A stretch of 64,000 bases of DNA from Styela clava (taxonomy: Eukaryota). Under the pieces are notes generated by a model that was not told the DNA's origin, searched no databases, and worked only from the letters and a program-made list of their open reading frames with translations. Below, piece by piece: positions 37,690-50,556 of the stretch; positions within the stretch are counted from its first letter, which is position 1; the number at the start of each line of letters is the position of its first letter. The translations under genes and the position numbers were made by a program. The stretch covers positions 8,990,001 through 9,054,000 of the forward strand of contig NC_135261.1 in NCBI RefSeq assembly GCF_964204865.1, read 5' to 3'.

Positions 37690-40600
37690 TTATGAATGAA
37701 CCTTCTTTTTCTTTTTGCCCTTTTTCTTTTTCTTCTTCATTCCAAAAGAAAATTTAGCAATAGATTCGTAAGTTGTTTGTCCCAACTCAGCTGTTGTTCG
37801 CACTTTTACTGCAGGTAAATTACCTGGGAAATAGAAAAGTTAATATGATAGGTGTCAATCTTTGCCAGTAAACCCAATCCTTGTAGCATACCGTAAAGCA
37901 GGGTTTCCCAAACTTTTTAGGCCGCGTACCCCTATTTGTGAATCTCAGTTTTGATGGACGCCCATACTATAGCCGTATCAATTTGTGTGCCTAAGCAACG
38001 AGGAAGGATAATGTTTCGTTTACAACACAAACGACACAATAATGTGATGGATGAGATTATTTTTTACTGCACAATTTATAAATCCCCTGAATAATTTGAG
38101 ACAAGCAAACAGTGGCAGGCAAGTCTTGACCTGTATTTTTGTCATCATACCCCCCAAATGTGCAGTCATCACGGACCCCAACTAGTAGATTGAACAAAAA
38201 TTGCACCTACTAAATAGAAAAATTAATCAAATCGAAAAATATAAAAACTAGAGCATGGGAATGGTTAATAGTTACATTTAATTTTGGTTGTTAATTGCCA
38301 TCCCAGGTAGTACTCCTGTTTCTAATGTACATTCATAACAGCTGGCCATCAATGAAGGCTTTGCGTTCACGATCTTTTTTGGCGCACTAGATATAAATCC
38401 AGCTTGTCATTTTGCATCAGATTGTTATACACTAGTGACTTAATCTGATTTTCTATACTCGATACAGTAAATCATTTAATACAGAGAAACTCAATGTTCA
38501 CAGATTATCGTTTCAAAATATAAAAAGTCATTTTCAAAAAAAAAATAGATGGGTTGAGCTCTCTTTTCTGTAGTACAAAAAATGAATAGTAAAACAATGT
38601 TTACCAAGTTTTCTTGCATCCAATCCTGCTAACAGTTCTCTGGCAGCCATATCTCCAATAACATTGTCATCCATGTCCAATTCTATAAAGCATTGTGAAT
38701 ACATCAGCATCCTGAAATTTTGAAGTAAAATTTTCTTTTAAGCTATTCACCTAGTGGATTAGGGCTTCGGTGTTTAGAATGTTTTTGTTAATATTGAAGC
38801 ATTCTTCAACTCCCGGGGGAAATCGTAGTCGGTATTTCAGATTTGCAATGATAATACGCGAAGTCAATATTTTCCGACAGGAGTTTAAAATTGCATTTGC
38901 AACTGATAATCCAGGAAGGCTTTTTTATACAACGCTTAAATACACCTTTCACTTCGATTATGGCGCTATACAAGCATCCGTGGATATGTGAGGAGCATTT
39001 ATTTTGGCAACAACAGGAATCTTTTTAGTTCAGCATTGCCTACCCAATTTATTACACCCTTGGTGAGGTGGAGGCCGTAGGGCACGAGATTAGAACCCGA
39101 AATTGTAACTTGCTTTGTTAACATAGTCTATCGCTCTAACGACTAAGCAATTGGTTCTCAACTTTTGGTGAGTCCGAGAAGAGGTTGACTATTATTTACG
39201 GAGCTTGACAACAAATTTATAAAAAATAATTAGCGCTTAGGAAGTATTCGTACCAAGATGATGCACAACCTGAACAACCCTGACCCGGTACACATACTAC
39301 GTTTAGGTTGTGCGCCATTTTGGTACGAATACTTCGGAAGCACAAATTAATTTGTAACTTGTAGATAATTTCATGTTTGGCCTTGTTGCCACATTTCGAC
39401 ACTATACAGTTGTCATTTTCGTTAATGTCGTTATTGCTTCTTTTGACAGCCAACCCCTAGGTTTCTCTCACAAGCCCTGAAAATTCATATGGAGCCCTCC
39501 GAGAACCTATGCACGAGACCATTACACCCGCAATCACATGATGGAATCAATCAACAAGTTGTCAATGCCCAATTTTCTTTGAGTTTGGAACTGAAGCAAG
39601 AGTCAGAATTTTTTTAAATTGAGAGTCCGGAGTCGAAGTCATTTATTGTGAAGCTATAATAATATTGCATTATTGAATTAACCTTTTGAGGACTTCAATG
39701 CACAGAAATAATTTATCTTCTCTCCCTGGACCATAACTATCAATCCCATTATCACCAATATGAAGAACATGAACATATGGTCCAACTACAGGTGGGAGTG
39801 CTTCAGCTTTTTTCTTCTTTTTGCCTTCAAGTTAAAATAATAAATTTGATTTATTTGTACGCTTTTGCTATATACTAATAGATGAGTGCTCAAAAAATCA
39901 ACTGGGTTGAATTACAAAAATAGAGATATGTGTATTGAGATGGGACATGACATAAATTACTGTAATACATCTTTGAGAAAACCTAATATGAGCACTCAAA
40001 AAGAATTTACTCAACCATGTATAAATATTGACAAAATGAATTTAATGTTTCTTTATAATTAGTGTTAATCCAAGTTTCATGCCCATGATATTTCCATTAC
40101 TGATGTACCAAAATCAGACTAATCTATTGCAGCTTTCTCTGGACTAATATTTGAATATTGCAACTAAACTAAAGCCTCAGAATAACGAATAACAATTACC
40201 TTATTTGATTTACAACTAATTTTTGTACGTACAACTGAAAACTATAACATAACACCCAATACTACAAAACAATGCAATGTTTATAACCAAGCTTAAATAT
40301 CTGTCTAAACGAAAGAGGTGTTTGAGCGTCTATACAAATTGCAATTGTTACATCATTGTTAACTTAATGCTGATTGGTCATATTTATGAAAAATAAATTA
40401 TTGCTCAGGTAAACATCTACCCTAGCCAATTTATCACAAACCCTGGATGAATTTCTGTGGTTGTGCAGCTAGGCCTTTTTGTGTCACATTTCACAATTAA
40501 TATTCTCTGTATTAAAAATCATAACACTCAAACCTTTTTTCTTCTTCTTTTTTTTCTTTTTCCCACTCCCTGGTTTTGAACCAGCAGAATCAGCTCCACC

Positions 40601-43600
40601 TTCTGTTGTTACTCCTCCATCGGTGGTGACTTGAGAAGTCAACATTTTATCAGATGCTGAGCAAAAAAAAGCAATGCTATTAGTTAATATTTAGAGCAAT
40701 ACACTAGTGCGGGGGTGCACAACAGGCGGCTCGTGGGGTCACAGCCCGCCAAGCAATTTAGTGTGGCATTTGTCAACACTCAGATTTTTCCTCATCAAGC
40801 ATAAAATCCCAATCCGACAGTTTACTTTGAAAAAAAACCCAGTCACATGGGTAAAAATACATGTTTTGTTGCTTCTGTCGCTGCATTAAATCCTTCGCTG
40901 TTTGCCCGTTGCATCTATCACTGTAGTTTGTTCTTGTATTACTGTAGTTGTAGTTTGCATAAAAAAAGCCTTTTTTTGTGTGGCCCAGCTACATGTTTGA
41001 AGTTGGTTATATGGCCCACCGACAAAAAATGTTGCCTACCCCTGCACTAGCGTATGTTGCAGCTATGATATTATAATGCATTTGACAAATTTGATATAAT
41101 GTCACAGTGGTCATCATTTTATGACGTTGAATAAAAACAATTCAATTATATTCACAGTCAACAATTATCACAGTTCCAATCTCGATGGTCAGGCATAAAA
41201 AGAAAATAGCTCGAAGATCAATAAATAGGTTATTGACTTGAGATGGTTAAAGATCTAACAATCACAATAACAGGGTGTTAATGTGCAGAAAGATATCTGA
41301 ATTACATGAAATAGCAGCCAATTAAATATTATAAATTAACTAATAAAGCTAATAAAGAAAGGTGGTAACATTCACAGGCATTCATTAAAAATGTCTCCTC
41401 TATGAATATTCGAAGTGTATGCCATGTTTCCCCCAAAATAACACTGGGTTTTATTTCAATTTTCTTCCAAAAAATAACACTAGGGCTTATTTTCGGGGTA
41501 TGTATTATATTTTCATTTACCGAAAACAAACTTACAAAGTAGAGAATTGCGAGATTTTGAAATATACAAAATATGAAAACCGATATAATAACACTTTTTT
41601 ATTCAAAATAACTGCAAAACATAGACTATCAATCATTTAAAATGAGTAGAAGAGATTGCTTGCAATCGACTAGGTTAAAAAAAATTTTGCGTTATTGACT
41701 AGGTTTTATTTTAAGGGGAGGGCTTATATTGAAATCATTTTTAAAATTCAGGCTAAGTTTTATTTTCGGAGTAGGTCTTATTTTTGGGAAAACACGGTTA
41801 TCAACAGTGAAAATATCATCATCACAAAATCTTACTTTCTAATGCTCCTTCAGCAATCATCAATGCTTTCATTTTTTCTTCTTCTATTCGTTGACTATTT
41901 TCATGTTCAGCGTTAGCAGCAGCGTATCGTAACATTTCAATAACACCATCACATTGTAGTTGGTTGCCGTCAAGAAAAAATTCTCGTACTGTTGTTTTGC
42001 ACAATACTTCACCTAGTGGTTCACCACTCTTTGGCGTTAACCCACAATAACAGAGGCTGATAGAGAGCATGATCTATCAAATAAAAATGAAGAAATAAAG
42101 GAAGATAGATTGTTTATAGTTCTAATGAAGAGGGGAGAGGAAGGTCAATATTACAGCTTGATCATATTCTGAACCACAGCAACTCCTCTTGTTACCAGTC
42201 CATATTTGGTATAGATTAGATGGCCCAGTTGTTTGTTGATATTGGAGGAAGCCATAACCGCTATGGCGATTCGGAGTCTCGCAATTTTCTCGCACATATT
42301 TAACCCTTTCCATGCGATTTTTATCTTTTATTAAATAATCGTATTTGCTACACCGACTTTATGCATTTGTACCCCCACAACTAATCGATCGACTAACGAA
42401 AAAGTAATGATCCTCTGCTGCCCACTGACGGCTCGTTGGAAAGCTTATTTAAAGAGCTTGCAATTGGCGATTGAAAATTTTATTTTTTCAAAAGGGGTGG
42501 TCTGAGTCACAAACCGGATAGAAAAAAGGCATTTTTTTTCTTGGGTGTTGAAACTTCAAACCGTGAAAAAAAATAGAAATATTCGCTAAATCCTTTACTG
42601 TTACCGCTTCTTGGTTGGCAAACAATAGCATAATATTGCTGTAGCAATTTCGTTATCTAACTCAAAATACTTTGGTAGATGGAAGGAATAATATGTCTTC
42701 TATTACCACCCAAAAAACACCGAAATTTGCATAAATTTCAAAAATACTCCCTCGTTCCGCCGCAAATAAAATTCCCATGGTAAACGAAAGCGAGATTTAC
42801 CGTCGCTTATGTTAATCTCGAAGAAGACTTCTTATCAATAAACTAAAACCCGGAAAAACTAGACCAACAGTTTGCGACCGATTGCTAAATAAAACAGTGG
42901 AGTACATCAACGTACCCGCCGCAAACTAGCGAGTTTTGTCGTGGGTACGTATACGTGCCCACCGCACAGAAAGGGTTAATAACCCCACAAGATTAGAACA
43001 TGCGAACCAATGCAGGGTAATCAGAGGTGCGGTGGCAAGCGTATTCCTAGCGCTTGAAACGATTTACCAAACCGCCGAGCCGGCAATGTGGACATAAGAT
43101 ATAAATTACCACGTCAAATCTTCAAACACTGAATGGTATAACTTTGTATTTAATATAGAATAATTTTTCAGTGTAAAATTACACTTTTGCATTAGCATTG
43201 GTGGGCATTTTCACATCTTATAATCGATATTGGAGGATGTTTCAAACTCCCAAGGGTGGAAGTAGAAATTTCAGACCTAAAAGAGTCCTAATCTGTGACA
43301 ACTTGAAAATGCAAGTCAATGTATCCCTTTGTTTATATATATATCTGCAGTCAAGCGATGATTGCTGTAGCATTTTAAATCAGACACCAATCATTGCTGT
43401 ACTGTAGATGTAGTGTGTTAATTCTTTCAACTTTATTCATTTAACTATTGAGCCGCTTACTGTTAGCATCAGCAATTCGATACGTATTTGTTTTCTTGTT
43501 TAATAACATTTACTTGTGTTATATTTTACTTTAGATTCATTCTAATTTCTGAGTGGGCTTTAAATTTAAGTTGAATAAAGCCTTATATCAAGGTACTATA

Positions 43601-45299
43601 TTTCTCATTCATTACTTAATCAAAGTCAAAATTTTGGCCAAAACTGAAAATAAGGAATTATGTTGACAAAGCATGATCAACACACCACAAAAGAGTCAAA
43701 AGTTCTTCGCAAACTAAAGTTGGAGTCATAGTTTTTAAATTGCTCAGAGTTTGGAGTCAGGTTCAAATTACTATTACTAAACATCCCAGTACATCAATGA
43801 TAACAGTTACCTTGTTATTCTTGAGTCCATTGCATAAACCAACACATCCTGCATCACCAAATTCATTGTAATCTAAGTTGATTTCAACAAGATTTGAAAC
43901 CCTGAATGCTTTAGAAAATCTGGCAACAGTGAAATGTTGAATGTCACAATCCATGAGCTCAATTCTTCTTACTGGATAAAAACCTTTTTCCAGAAGTAGT
44001 GCCTGTTATGAAATATTTAATATTATCATTAATTTAGAAAGCAAATATTTTTTCACTTTCATACACATTTTTGGTACTTCCGTAATGTGTATACCAGGCC
44101 ATAATTTTATTTCGATTTTCCTTATTTTAGTTTTATTACGAGTTCAGGAAGTGTCTGCCTAATACCATTTCAGGGACTGTCTGCGTTAGCCAAGTGAATA
44201 TACTCCCTGCCCATAGGTTACAGTCTCTCTACACAACTTGATGTAAAGTAGGTGGACAAAATTAATTACCTCCATATTGGTATAGATACTTCTGAAATGC
44301 CCATTTTTTTCCCTGAAGACCATTTTTAAATATGATATTATAATTGTTATCTATTGTGATATATTATGAAAAACAGCTCAGTGTTTGGCGCATCGTGCTA
44401 AGTGTTAGGATCATGTTTGATCCTAATAAATAAAATATGAGTCGACGAATAAAATAAAATTACCAAGTCAGCAACTTCATCATGTTCTGTTTCTAAATCC
44501 CAGCAACATATTTCATGAACATGAGTGAATCTTTCGTTACGAATTGATCGGACGACAGGTCGCAACCTTACCGGAGGAGTATTAGGATCTTTCATTCCTA
44601 CATCAACTTCTTCAATAATGAACTAAAATGGAAGCGTAGAATTTTATTTAAAATCAAATATTTTTTAAACAAATTATTACTCTGATGAATAGAAGATCTT
44701 CTACCTTACAATGACTGGTAACAATACAATGGTTTATCATTTGAATGAGGCCTCGTATCGGCTTTTTCCCACATTAATTTATAAAATCATATACATATTA
44801 TACTTTTACCGAAGTGTTTATTCATGGGATAGGGTAGCAGACGAACTAGAAATTGAATTAAAATATTCAGCCCTTGACTGACATTCTAAACCTAGCATTG
44901 ACCATTTTGTTGAGAAAAACCTTTTTGGCCCATTTCAATTTTTATATTACACTAAACCGGATAGAAAGAAATATTAGACAAAAATCTGAATACTGGCCAT
45001 AAATATAGCTGCCGAATTTTGGCAAACGAGTTCATAAAACACGAAGAAATAAAAAAAATAAAAAATCGCTAATGTTATTGCAAAAATTTTCGACCAATCA
45101 CCTTTCTCGCATACATTCTATCTTCAATTCCTTTCTTCAATGCTTTTTGTAACCAAACACAGGGTATGGATTTATCAAGCGTGCATTGCATTTCATACGT
45201 TCCTAAAAATTTCTTCTGATAAATATCTGAATCTTCATCCCATTTCACTCTTTTTGATTTCTTTTTCCCTCCCTTTCCTTTTTTGCCCTTTTTCGCCAT
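37690..45299 (-). CDS. RNI-like leucine-rich-repeat protein with poly-Lys tracts (probably ciliary)
   Basis: Exons 45299-45102, 44622-44464, 44002-43811 (LVEINLDYNEFGDAGCVGLCNGLKNNK), 42073-41836 (ISLCYCGL...FFLDGNQLQCDG), 40656-40534, 39824-39683 (LHIGDNGID), 38711-38605 (LDMDDNVIGD), 37823-37690. All phases compatible. Confidence 0.85.
39233..39343. mobile_element. Short foldback MITE (same family as 23976-24086)
   Basis: GAAGTATTCGTACCAAGATG ... CATTTTGGTACGAATACTTC inverted arms. Confidence 0.75.
41422..41797. mobile_element. Tc1/mariner (pogo-like) MITE
   Basis: CCATGTTTCCCCCAAAATAA ... TTATTTTTGGGAAAACACGG, with internal GGCTTATTTTCGGG motifs. Confidence 0.75.
42304..42975. mobile_element. 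piggyBac-type MITE nested in a SINE copy
   Basis: TTAA|CCCTTTCCATGCG ... CGCACAGAAAGGG|TTAA. The flanks 42130-42299 and 42980-43060 join into one SINE colinear with 30748-31032. Confidence 0.85.
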
Positions 45300-45893
45300 T
45301 CGATTGTTTATTTGCTTTTATGAAATTTAACTTGGAAATCTATGACATAATGTGAATCTATGAAAAAGAAATGCAGGATTGACTGTAGCTTATTATATTC
45401 ATTACCATGTTCCGAGCTTTTATACTTATCCTAGGATGAGAAAAACCAACCATTTCTATAAAAAAATTTAAACCTTATTCCTATTCTTTGATCTGATTTT
45501 ATCATTTATTTTACTCCCTATTTTGCAGATTAATATACCTTTTTTACCGATTAATAGAATGAACAAACTACTGTAACCGATTTTGACTCATGATTCAGAT
45601 TAGGTAGTTATATGAAGTGACTGAAAATTTCTATTCATGAATATTAATTCGTACGGGCAGTTATAATAGTATAATTTTTTTTGTAAGTTTATATATAACT
45701 TATATTTATAAATTTATTTATAAGTTTATTAAGTTGAAAGTTAAAACTTTGACATTGGATTGTAATCAGAAATATCCATCCCCCTTCGTGTTTAGTTTAA
45801 AAAGGGTAACTGTTCTCCCCAATGATAAAATCTAATGCATACCTAAATTTACTGAAATATTTACGAAGCTGAACCTCGTAAGGGTTGTGAGTT

Positions 45894-45907
45894 GTAACCA
45901 TGACAAA
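45894..45907. promoter_or_regulatory. RFX X-box-like motif in the head-to-head LRR/EXOSC1 promoter
   Basis: GTAACCATGACAAA vs consensus GTTGCCATGGCAAC. It lies just upstream of a minus-strand donor (GTATG at ~45842), a probable 5'UTR exon of the LRR gene. Confidence 0.45.
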
Positions 45908-46563
45908 GGGTACTTCAGCGTAGGGGAATCCCGTTACATTTTCGCATTTTTCTTGTGCCGTGTTGTCATCTTAAAACCAAAAGTATTTTGCATTCCTCAT
46001 CTAAAATAACATGATTGTTTTTGAAATATGTAAATACAAATATTCAAAATACAAATTATCTGTAAACAACGACTTTTCCCAATATTCATATTTCTTATCG
46101 CTATATGTCGCTCGTGTAGCACGTTGGATCTTGTGAAAAAGCCATGCCTCCCTCGCTGGCAATGTGGATGCATTGGAATTTTGGGGGATTTCCCATGTTC
46201 CTGTCAAATTTGATGTCAGGCTGACTTTTATTATTTATATATACCGACGAAATGATAAAATTTAAGACTTAAAATGAGCATTTAATGATTGATTCATAGC
46301 ATGTAGATCAGCATATTTTTTTTTATGTAGGCAGGTTTAGATGAAATTCAATATGACACATTCCTGCATTCTGAAACCCCCATGCTCTTCTATGACTGTA
46401 TGACCATTTCTGCATGTTTGTTCATTTACTGATTTAAATTAAAAATTGAATTGAAAACGCTTATTCCCGTATTTGGCCATTATACAGTTATATCAGTATA
46501 TTAAGTTACCTATATATTTTCATGGCTCATTATTTTTTTAGTTCCAGACAGTTCTAAATAAAA

Positions 46564-47157
46564 ATGGCAGAACTATTGAAAAGCAGTCAAATATGTGTGC
46601 CGGGGGAACGTCTCGCAAGTGCTGAACACCATCGGGCAGGATTTGGAACTTATGTAAAACGAGGATATATATTTGCATCATTAGCTGGCATGGTTCGGAG
46701 CGAACAAAATGACAAGGATATAATTACTGTATCTGTGCGATCCAAGCACCATCAACAACTTCTCCCACAAATCGATTCCATAGTCACTTGTAAAGTCACA
46801 GGAATCAGCGGTCGCTTTGCAAAATGTTTAATTACAGCCGTTAATAACGCGAGGTTGTCCGAGCCATTGCGAGGCATCATAAGACGTGAGGACGTACGTG
46901 CAAAGGACATTGAAAAAGTTGAAATTCCGAAATGTTTTCGTCCCGGTGATGTAGTTTTAGCAAAAGTTTTGTCACTAGGTGATGCATCATCTTATTTGTT
47001 AACTACAGCGGAAAATGGACTCGGTGTTGTTCTTGCACGTAGTGAAGCCGGAGAACTGATGTTGCCTATCAGTTGGCAAGAAATGCAATGTCCTGTTTCG
47101 TATGTAAAAGAATCGCGTAAAGTTGCAAGACCACAGGAACATTATTTAAAACAATAA
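46564..47157 (+). CDS. EXOSC1: Exosome complex component CSL4
   Basis: 197-aa ORF: CVPGERL...GFGTY...IFASLAG, S1-like domain (GIIRREDVRA...FRPGDVVLAKVLSLGD), C-terminal MLPISWQEMQCP...ESRKVARP. Single coding exon. Confidence 0.96.
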   Translation: MAELLKSSQICVPGERLASAEHHRAGFGTYVKRGYIFASLAGMVRSEQNDKDIITVSVRSKHHQQLLPQIDSIVTCKVTGISGRFAKCLITAVNNARLSEPLRGIIRREDVRAKDIEKVEIPKCFRPGDVVLAKVLSLGDASSYLLTTAENGLGVVLARSEAGELMLPISWQEMQCPVSYVKESRKVARPQEHYLKQ

Positions 47158-48126
47158 GATGTAGATTCTGGTAAAACATCATTGTTTCCCTGTCTTCTCA
47201 GTAAAAATCGGTGATGTTTCATCCTTCTCATTTGAAAATATTGCTCTCTGCGAAGTCAACTATTCCAATCATGTCGGTTACTAGCATTTCAATATAAATT
47301 CTCTCCTTATTAGAACATTCTTTGTTATTGCGTATTCTATCGTATCGTTTGATAGAAAGTGCTGCAGCTATTTACTTGGTTGGTTTTGAATATTGGAACT
47401 ATAATTTTGCAGTTAAATTCATCAAACTTCGTTTAGATGTGTAATTTTCAAACTTGCCTATTCTACTAAGTATAAAATCTTAGTTTAAGTTACAAATAAC
47501 ATAATAAAAATGTGTGTATTTATTTTCCATGGATATTCACATGTTGCTCCGAAATTTATTATTTTTTGTGCCATTCCCAGTAACACACTATTTTTGGTTG
47601 TCCTTATTATCACTATTTTTAATTTTTATTAAAATTTTGGCATCTGATTATCAAAACAAATTAATGAGGAAATGTTAATTAAAATGGGTGGTCTTAATTA
47701 AAACAATATTTATAAATGAGTAAAGAAAAACAGTTCCACAAAAAAACTTCTGATTAAGCTTGAAATGTTATCGAAGAAATTCTAAGTTTCGCTCATGGAA
47801 AATAAAAATGAGTATTAAACAATATTTATTATCAACATTCGAAATTGGAAAGATAACAAAACGATTTGTTTGTAAATTTTTTTTTATAAAAGAATTGTTT
47901 CTCTCTGCATTCATGTCAATATTGACAAACTTATTTGTAAATTTGAATATAGAAAATTCAACTTCTGAAACTGAAAAATCTGTCCTTGTTAAAAATAGTT
48001 TCAAAGTCATGACGATTTATTTCAAATTGAATTTCCATTTTGTATGAATTGTCTTACATTTACAATCATATCTTTTTTTCCAGGTCAAATGATTGTTAGA
48101 TAGGGAATACTTTCTTTATTTCCAAT

Positions 48127-49275
48127 ATGTTAATTTTCAAAAAGCTGTCGTTGCGGCCGTTTCCATATCTTTCAGTTCGATTCAAATCTTTAAAACCATA
48201 CTCTAAGCACGCATTTTTATCAGGTGATTATGACATCACAAAGACATTTCCTAAAGACTCTTATGAATTTAATTACATACGAAACCTTGCTAATGGAATT
48301 AAGAATAAAGATCGGGCCACACTCGCTCGTGCTATAACTTTAGTTGAATCAACAAATAAACAGAAAAAATTGATGGGACAGATTTTGCTACAATTGGTAA
48401 TATCGGAAACATCAAGATCTTCGCAAAAATCTTTTCGAATCGGACTTTCTGGACCCCCAGGTGCAGGGAAGTCTACATTCATTGAAACAATGGGAAGCTA
48501 CCTTACTGAAAAACATGATTTAAAAGTCGCAATTCTAGCTGTAGACCCCTCTTCAAGTCGAACAGGGGGGTCACTTCTCGGAGATAAAACAAGAATGACA
48601 AACTTGTCTCGTAATCCGAAAGCATACATTCGTCCTTCACCTGCTCAGGGTACACTAGGTGGTGTAACACGAAACACTACTGAAGCTATGATATTATGTG
48701 AAAGCGCTGGTTATGATGTCATAATAGTAGAAACCGTCGGTGTCGGTCAAAGTGAAGTCGCGGTTGCAGACATGACTGATTTATTTGTATTGCTCATACC
48801 ACCAGCTAGTGGTGACGAACTTCAGGGCATCAAAAGAGGGATTATAGAGATGACAGATCTAGTAGTAATAAATAAAGCTGATGGCGATTTACTTCCAGCT
48901 GCTAGAAGACTACAATCAGAATACACGAGCGCTTTGAAATTTATACCACGTAAACATAATTTTTGGAGACAACGGGTACGCAGAGTGTCATCTATAACAG
49001 AAGAAGGTATCTCTGAACTGTGGTCCGTGATGCAAATATTTCACGAGGAAATGATTAAAAGTGGGACTTTTGAATCATTGCGTAGAAATCAAAGAGCCAT
49101 TTGGATGTGGAATCATATAAAAGATAATATTTTGGAAGATTTTGCGAGTGATTATGATGTATCGAAAGCGCTTCCAAGTTTGGAAGAACAAGTTAAAAAT
49201 TGTAAAATGACTCCTGGCCTTGCAGCAGATTTATTATTAAACTGTTTATTTAAAAAAGATGATAAAAATAGATAA
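48127..49275 (+). CDS. MMAA: Methylmalonic aciduria type A protein (MeaB/ArgK-family GTPase), mitochondrial
   Basis: 382-aa ORF with basic N-terminal presequence, LARAITLVES, GLSGPPGAGKST P-loop, AVDPSS...GGSLLGDKTRM, ETVGVGQSE, GDELQGIKRG, NKADGD. Single coding exon. Confidence 0.97.
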   Translation: MLIFKKLSLRPFPYLSVRFKSLKPYSKHAFLSGDYDITKTFPKDSYEFNYIRNLANGIKNKDRATLARAITLVESTNKQKKLMGQILLQLVISETSRSSQKSFRIGLSGPPGAGKSTFIETMGSYLTEKHDLKVAILAVDPSSSRTGGSLLGDKTRMTNLSRNPKAYIRPSPAQGTLGGVTRNTTEAMILCESAGYDVIIVETVGVGQSEVAVADMTDLFVLLIPPASGDELQGIKRGIIEMTDLVVINKADGDLLPAARRLQSEYTSALKFIPRKHNFWRQRVRRVSSITEEGISELWSVMQIFHEEMIKSGTFESLRRNQRAIWMWNHIKDNILEDFASDYDVSKALPSLEEQVKNCKMTPGLAADLLLNCLFKKDDKNR

Positions 49276-49953
49276 CATGAATGCAGTTCATTTTGCCGTT
49301 TTTCTTCATTCTTTAGTACTTTCCTATTATTTTGTTTCCATGATGTATGCTGCAAAAAGGCCCTGTCCATTCTTAAGTAGTGAAGTACAATATTTTCTAA
49401 AGTGGGGGGTGTGGTACACATTTTTATAATGAATTCTAATTACCTCCGTGAGATTTTAAATAGTACAGACCAGAATTACTAAAAACCTGTGGCAGTTGAC
49501 CAATTATAGACAAACTGATTCGATAATGAGGTTTCAATATGTATTAATTTAAAGATTTTTATGCATGAAGGACATAAAGTAATCGAGGCATATGATATGG
49601 CTCATTAGGGTAGAAAATTTCAATCAGAATTGCATTGATTGCAATTAATAATTGATTAACTGACTATGGATACATTTTTCAAATTTAGGAATATTAGTTA
49701 AGGAGAAATGCTATTAAACATGGGACGCAAATCTAGAAAAAAAATAGTTGATGTACATTTGATTTCTTCGTTAATTTACCATTATTCATATCAATTTATA
49801 TCTGAGGAAATTTAATGCATGGCATGATAATTGAAATGAAATATATCCGGAAGCATGCCAGCATTGTAAACTGGATGTATATTTCCTGTTGTAAGCTATT
49901 CAGGAAATGCTGCACTTGTGCTGCCACTCCCTGCTTCAAACTCTTAGTAATAT

Positions 49954-50556
49954 CGACGCATGAAATCCAAATTGGGCTAAGTCCATTTTTCTAGTTTTGA
50001 GAAAAACGCAAAAAACATTTTTTTTTTTGTTTCTTTTTTTTATTTCTCTAATACCTTACATCAAGGATGTCTAGTTTTTATGGTCCACCAAAGTTACAAT
50101 GAAGGCCATATTTAGATGGTATAAAAAAATTTGTGCTCCGCCCCAATTTTTTTTGGGGGGTTTTTTTTTGGACTTAACCCTTTTTGGCTCTCAATTTTCT
50201 GGACCAGAAACAATTTTATTGGACTTAGGGCCCCTTTATTATGTTATTATAGAGGCTGGTATGGACTTAACGCTTTGTATTATATTTTTTGAGAGGAGCT
50301 ATGTCCAAAAAATGGACTTAGCCCCAACTTACAATGCAGTTATCAAGAGCTAAGTCCACTATAGTAGACACAGCTCTGTTTAGTTCTCAAATGCCCTAAA
50401 AAAAGCAGGGTTTTGTCCATAGCTGTCTTGAGATCTAGAGCACCTCGAGATAAGGCAAATAGACCAAAATGTAGAGCTAAGTCCAGGAAAATCAGCAATT
50501 GAAAAATGTCATTTTTTGGAAAAGTGGACTTAGCACTGTTTGGTTTTGAGGTGTCG
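49954..50556. mobile_element. Non-autonomous DNA transposon with 4-bp ATAT TSD (Sola1-like)
   Basis: ATAT|CGACGCATGAAATCCAAATTGGGCTAAGTCCA ... TGGACTTAGCACTGTTTGGTTTTGAGGTGTCG|ATAT, with multiple internal GGACTTA(G)/CTAAGTCC motifs. Confidence 0.7.
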
